Source of the DNA: Phallusia mammillata | Taxonomy: Eukaryota | Length of the DNA: 64,000 bases | Assembly (NCBI GenBank): GCA_965637545.1 | Contig: OZ281500.1 | Coordinates: forward strand, 2,356,001-2,420,000 | Direction of reading: 5' to 3' | Shown here: positions 58,731 to 64,000 of the stretch, in pieces | How the letters are laid out: each line of letters begins with the position of its first letter | Position numbering within the stretch: the stretch's first letter is position 1 | Notes under the pieces: generated by a model | The model's database searches: none | What the model was told of the DNA's origin: nothing | Seen by the model: the letters and a program-made list of their open reading frames with translations, nothing else | Made by a program: the position numbers and the translations under genes

Positions 58731-61661
58731 TTACAGTGGTTTGATTTGCAACTTTCGATCATGCAGAGCTTTTTTGAGCATCTTGTGTGCCGCACATTTT
58801 GCAAAAACGTAACTACGTAATGGAAATGTATGAATTGAACTTGAATTGGTCAACCGCTTGTGCAGAAGAGATCCTGCATGGTAAAATATGGAGGGAGTGA
58901 ATTCGTAGGGTAGAGTTGGTGGCCTGATTTTTAACTCCCATTCACACTTCGTCAACAGCTTGACAATTTCCACAAAGTTTTCTTTCACACAGCAGTTGTC
59001 ATGCACAAACTGATAAAGCTTTATTCCATGTTTTGCGGCAGCAAGGCATTCCTCGTAGCGTTGTAGCCTGTGCAAGATTACAACCACATAGCATGCACCA
59101 GTTAGGGACATTTCAGGATATTTTATGTTTTCCGGATAAATCGACAATTGAAACACAACCTTGTAAAACCTAACTGCATCGTGGAGTCGGCCGTACTTAA
59201 CCAGTTCTGTAGATATTTCAAAATAAAGTACAAAGATTTGGGAATAATATGTACCAAACAGATCGGTTGTATTTTCTTGAAGTAATTTGATCGTTTCTTG
59301 CCACAGTTTTTTCAATAATATTTCTGCTTCAATTAATCGGTCCAAACGTATCAACGAATTAGCTTTATACCCAAGCAAAAGGTGAATTCTTCCTGGGGTT
59401 CCCCTTTTTAATGCTTTGTCACAGTAAAAAAGAGATTCTTCATATCTCTCTAGTTGGTACAGACCTGCGCATCTATGAACAAATGCCACTTCTAAAAATG
59501 AGTCGGTTTCCTCATCTACGTGCTCTTTTAGTCGTTCGGATATCAATTCTTGATTTACCGAAAGAGCGTTGACATAACAACCCATATAGTTTAGGCAATA
59601 AGTAAAGTTAATCAACATATAAAAATAAAAGTGATTGTCTAACTTTGTGGCAGGATCCATTTTTGTTTCATTGTATGCGAGCTTAAGAGCATTCAGCGCT
59701 GTTTCGTAGTCTTCATGTAACATGTGGCAATATCCAATAACCGTGTTGATGTGCATCCTTGATTGACTCGTAATTTCATTTAAATCAACTTCAGATAACA
59801 TTTCTATGTATTTCAATGCTTGTCCGTGCCTGTTTAACATACTTGAACATACGCAGCATTGCACCAAGAAATGGACACGGCATTGGACTAAACTTGGCGA
59901 ATCAAGTCGGGTTAATGCGTCATCACAGATTTTAAGTGCTTCCTCATATTTCCCAACTTGAAACAAACATACCACATGTAAAAATTCCCATTCGTTTTTC
60001 TCGTTTAAATCCTGGTGAGAGATTTTACATTTATCAATTAGTTTTAAAGCGAACGCAAACAAATGCAAACTGTATGCCAGCGTCGCTGCATTACTTGGTG
60101 ACTCCTCAAAATCAATGGTTGCCACACTTCTTTCTCCTTTAAAGCAATCAACGACGTAATGTTGAAGTGCTACTGAGATATTTATTCCGCTTATAACTGC
60201 CCTGTTGCCGATGTCTTTCGCAATGTATTCCATATCCGATAATTGACACTCAGTCAATGGGTGATGTAAAATGTCATCTTGACCTGAAGTCCTGCTGTAC
60301 CGTCTCAAACGCATTTCACATGCAACTGCTACCGAAAATTGAAGTTTACCGTGCAATGTCTCATTCATTAAACGACGATCCAGCAGTTCGTCAAGGATAT
60401 CAAAACAAGTTAACTTGTTACATTTGTACAAACGACCTAGAGCAAAAACGAAAAGCGAACAACTTCGTGAAACAACACGCTTTATGTCTACTTTTCCAAA
60501 CAAATTGCTGGGCTTTATTTGGAAGAGATCGAAATCTTTTTTAAGATTTTGTTGTGCTCGTTGGTTGAAGATGGCCATCTGATTTAGTTTTTGTTCGACT
60601 TTTGACTCAAACTCTTCAGAAACAATAGAATCCGCAAATACAAAACAAGTTGTGGTCAACATATCTGCCAAATGATATCCATTTTTCAAATCCTCTTCTG
60701 TTTCCAGGCACTTTACCATCTCACTGACTGGTTTAATTAGCTCCATTGTCCACGGCTTGTCTCGTGTCTTTGTTTGTCTTCCCAATGGATTCTTGCTTGC
60801 TTGAGGAGCAAACCCATCAGGACAAATTCCACATGGAGTGTATGCGTCATAAAACCAATTTTCTTCCTTGCTCAAGGGATTGTTAAGACATGGAATTGTC
60901 AGAAATTTGAGTAAAGTTTCACCTAGGCGAACCAGTTTCATTTGGTAAACTGTTGCAAACCATTCAAAATATTCCAAAACGTTTAAGTAATTAGGCTGAA
61001 TGTGAACTCCTTCCTCCAACACAATAATGCTCTCGAAGTCAGAATATGGAGTAACTTCGTTTTTGGCCAACGAACCCATTCCTACCAAAGCAAACTTACA
61101 AGGTGATTTTCCCATTATGTAAAGCGTATGTTTTGCGATAACACTCATTATGTCTTTGTATGTTTCAGTAACACAATCCTGTATTTTCCTCACTTGTTCA
61201 ACTCTCTGCCTCCGTATTGCATTAAGCTCGATTTCTTTCAGGTCATCAGATATTGGTTTTAATTCACTAAGATTATCTTCTGTGTTTTCACGAAATCTTT
61301 GAATATTTTTTTTGATTTCGGCAACAGCTTTACTCACCAGCTCTGTATCGGGATTTGCAGCGTTAGCCAACGTCATGATATGCATGCACACGTCATCAAG
61401 ATCTTTACTAATGTCTTCTGCATTGTCAGGTTGCCTCAACACAGCTGATGTCATTAAAGCAACACTTTGAATGAGACTGATCTTGTCTGGACTTTTCTCT
61501 TTGTACACAAGTCCCAACTGATGCAAAGTTTTTGCTGATTCTTTTGGATCTTTTTCCTCTCCATTGTCATAACATTGATTTCTCAACTTAGTTGCTGTAT
61601 CACTGATGACTACGTCTGTTATTATATCATTCAAGCAATCGTACGAATCTTTGCATAGCAT
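58731..61661 (-). CDS. NTase-TPR protein, copy 9 (976 aa from MLCKDSYD, extended C-terminal tail)
   Basis: The ORF track starts at a GTG (61718); the homologous ATG is at 61661. GSLAKNEVTPYSDFE, TPRs and PSIFYHA followed by a ~44-aa tail. Predicted 5' UTR intron 61758-61871 (CAG|GTAGCA...TTTTCTAACAG|G). Confidence 0.9.
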   Translation of the reverse strand: MLCKDSYDCLNDIITDVVISDTATKLRNQCYDNGEEKDPKESAKTLHQLGLVYKEKSPDKISLIQSVALMTSAVLRQPDNAEDISKDLDDVCMHIMTLANAANPDTELVSKAVAEIKKNIQRFRENTEDNLSELKPISDDLKEIELNAIRRQRVEQVRKIQDCVTETYKDIMSVIAKHTLYIMGKSPCKFALVGMGSLAKNEVTPYSDFESIIVLEEGVHIQPNYLNVLEYFEWFATVYQMKLVRLGETLLKFLTIPCLNNPLSKEENWFYDAYTPCGICPDGFAPQASKNPLGRQTKTRDKPWTMELIKPVSEMVKCLETEEDLKNGYHLADMLTTTCFVFADSIVSEEFESKVEQKLNQMAIFNQRAQQNLKKDFDLFQIKPSNLFGKVDIKRVVSRSCSLFVFALGRLYKCNKLTCFDILDELLDRRLMNETLHGKLQFSVAVACEMRLRRYSRTSGQDDILHHPLTECQLSDMEYIAKDIGNRAVISGINISVALQHYVVDCFKGERSVATIDFEESPSNAATLAYSLHLFAFALKLIDKCKISHQDLNEKNEWEFLHVVCLFQVGKYEEALKICDDALTRLDSPSLVQCRVHFLVQCCVCSSMLNRHGQALKYIEMLSEVDLNEITSQSRMHINTVIGYCHMLHEDYETALNALKLAYNETKMDPATKLDNHFYFYMLINFTYCLNYMGCYVNALSVNQELISERLKEHVDEETDSFLEVAFVHRCAGLYQLERYEESLFYCDKALKRGTPGRIHLLLGYKANSLIRLDRLIEAEILLKKLWQETIKLLQENTTDLFGTYYSQIFVLYFEISTELVKYGRLHDAVRFYKVVFQLSIYPENIKYPEMSLTGACYVVVILHRLQRYEECLAAAKHGIKLYQFVHDNCCVKENFVEIVKLLTKCEWELKIRPPTLPYEFTPSIFYHAGSLLHKRLTNSSSIHTFPLRSYVFAKCAAHKMLKKALHDRKLQIKPL

Positions 61662-64000
61662 TACTTGTTTGTGTTTGACATTACAGCTTTCGTACAAAAC
61701 TTCAAAACTACAACACACTTAAATTTGTGAACACGTTACCCAATTTAACTAACCACCCTGTTAGAAAAACAAGAACGAGTGTAAATCCTTTGGCCAGGTT
61801 TACCATTTTTATTTGTTCATTCTAATTTGGCACTGACAAAAGCAAAATCTATTTCTGGGAGTTAATGCTACCTGACAGTTTGACTGGTGATCTGCTTAAA
61901 CATTGTGCTGGATAGGTATGATTGTCCAATAAAGCTTCTTGGTTAATGATTTACGTTAAGTAAACCTAAAACGTCACTCCTGACAACAGTGCATAAACGC
62001 CCCTCGTGATTTTAATCGCGCCATTGTTCTTTACAGTTGATGTTGTTTAGTATCAAAATTTTACCTGTAGCCATGCTTTGTATACTGTAGCAAAACATGG
62101 TGAAATAGAACTTATATGTAAAGGAACGTGAAAGAATGGTTCATCACTAACGAAAACCGCATCACTTACCGGTTTGACTTCAAGTCAAGTTCTATAAAAT
62201 TTAAAATAGTCTGAATAGACATAATCCGCTCTCTTTTAATGCCTAAGTGTCCCAGCCTATCCTATCTGTTTTGCAACAGGGCGTACTGGTTACCGCACAC
62301 ACACGAGCGTAAAACGCTGGCTGTCTGGGGATTGTATGCGGCGCGTACTTTCTTGACACTAGCAGACTTGCTCAAAACCACACGCGGCACGTATATTGAT
62401 CTAGTTGACGCAATTCGTGCCTAAGGTCGGTTTAATACTTTCTCCATTCACTCAAATTCGTGTCAAGTCACTTTTTTTGTTCATTTTGACGCGATTGCAG
62501 GTATGCCCACTTGATATTGTTTTACATTGCTTTTTTGAAGGCTTGATCAGATATCAGTATATCAGACTTTGAAACATCCGTTTCCTAAAAAAATATGTAT
62601 TTTGTGAATTATTGATGAATATAGAGGATTCAATCTTTGTTTCAAAATGAGTTTGGCAAAGTTAGGGGGCACTGCTTAAGCTTTGGGTTTATGTTGTTGC
62701 GTAAGTAATTTGAATTGTTATAACTATTGGGCTCGTGCCGTATGCAACTGAACCTGTTTTTTTTGCTCAATGAGTACATCTAGTGGCTGTTTACTTTAAA
62801 GTTATCACCAATGTAAAACACGAGTATGGTGGATATAGTAGTTTTTTACCTTTACTTTTCTGCACTTGGACCAGTAGCTCCAGGAGTCATATTAAGGCAA
62901 ATGGGAATAACAGTCTATAGACTTATCCCTGGCATTACCTTTTTACGATTGTAATCCTTCCCATTGATCTATGACCTTTAGACGTTTTTTTTTCAGGTGT
63001 TATCACTGTTAGTAAAAACTGTTAGATTGTTTCTAGTGTTGGTATATTAGCGGATAATCATTTATACTTTTCTGGTATAACGCTGACATTGTTGAAATTA
63101 GTCTTGAAAAGGGGTTTTCTACTCGTGTTTCAGTTTTGGGCCTCATACTCAGGTACGTTTAAGTTTTTAACACCGTGGGCTTAACAACTTACAATGCAAC
63201 ATGTAAATGGTCGGTAAACTAGTTAACAGTAAACAGTGTGTAGGACATAAAGGTGGTATTACCTTGGCTTGTACGTATACTGGTCGAACATAGCCAATTT
63301 GTGTTCAAAAGCGTTAATGAAACCAATATTGAATGTTTAATACCTTGCTTATGCAATGGTCAACATTTGTTATCCAGGGTTACGACCTGGATACGGTGTT
63401 TTCTGACAAAAAGATGCTCCGTGCGATCCTGAGGATGACTAGGAGATGTAGTAGCCGGCCATTTCTTCATGACTTTCAGAAACTGGTTAGAAAAACATGA
63501 TCAAGGTAAAGCTATTATGTGAATCACCTCACCAAAGCCCTTTCAAAGTGTAATCTATGTTTTGTCCTTTTTGATGCAAAATCTTATTTGCTCCTGACTT
63601 GGTTTTATTTTTGGAAATGTATTTACTTTCCTTATGAAACGTATCATCTTATTTTTTTCATCTTTTTTAAACACTGATATTAGTGGGTCACTTTATGTAG
63701 TATTCCAAAGTTTTATTTTGGGAAATTCCCTAATGACGTCATTATACGTAAAAACGACGCGTTAAGCGCTTTGTCCAAAATTGTAAGCAGGCCCAAAACC
63801 GAAACCCGGCCCAACTTTCTGCGGTTTTTCTACCTGTCCAATTGACAGAACGACAAATTATTTTAGCAAAAGCTTTGTAGTTTTCTAAACCCGCCGCTGC
63901 TATTTAGCTTACTCAGCAAAACTGCAGTCAGGCAATCAAAATCGTTGCTTAAAAACGGACAGCAATTTCTAAAGAACTGAACGCCTTTCTGAAGCGGCAA

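Noticed and set aside
3984-60544. Many short plus-strand ORFs inside the NTase-TPR genes (e.g. 8379-8807, 9871-10176, 26945-27382, 41449-41730) and short intergenic ORFs
   Set aside because: They are antisense shadows of the real CDSs; they recur only because the sense genes are paralogous. Intergenic ones have AT-biased composition and their frames are not conserved between duplicated blocks.
63360-63490. Possible C-type lectin exon remnant (KWPATTSPSHPQDRTEHLF) and collagen-like PGATGPS bits at ~51490-51520 and ~62860-62890
   Set aside because: Similarity is limited to a few residues, with no Cys pattern or sustained Gly-X-Y; indistinguishable from chance without a profile search.
1-64000. 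Prokaryotic defence island (CBASS, MNT-HEPN, CRISPR) suggested by the bacterial-type NTase
   Set aside because: Spliceosomal introns, a SINE, hAT MITEs and multi-kb intergenic spacers show eukaryotic DNA. There is no operon structure and no repeat-spacer array.

Overview
AT-rich eukaryotic genomic DNA, most likely an ascidian/tunicate. This is inferred from an ascidian-type CORE-like SINE, spliceosomal introns and hAT MITEs. The window is dominated by a minus-strand tandem array of nine paralogues with intronless coding regions: six intact, two with a single lesion each, and one internally deleted fragment. They encode ~930-1040 aa proteins with an N-terminal TPR-like hairpin, a Pol-beta-superfamily nucleotidyltransferase of the bacterial GlnD/GlnE/DUF294 type (GSLAKKE[IV]TPYSDFE, CPDG..ASKNP), a GlnD/DUF294_C-like helical bundle, a highly variable TPR array and a conserved C-terminal PSIFY[HD]A cap. 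Paralogues are mosaics: 5' ends, active-site loop, TPR type and 3' flanks group differently, pointing to gene conversion and unequal crossing-over. Interleaved are a three-exon collectin-like gene (signal peptide, short collagen, atypical C-type lectin domain), a pseudogenised copy of it, decayed plus-strand partner units that may once have encoded a small secreted protein, three hAT MITEs, a SINE, and an inverted pair of Penelope-type hammerhead ribozyme motifs. The best overall reading (inference) is an uncharacterised, diversifying innate-immune sensor-enzyme cluster. Copy numbering: 1=1487-4612, 2=8071-10872, 3=15261-18027, 4=19246-19625, 5=24791-27607, 6=31823-34750, 7=39607-42426, 8=47512-50355, 9=58731-61661.
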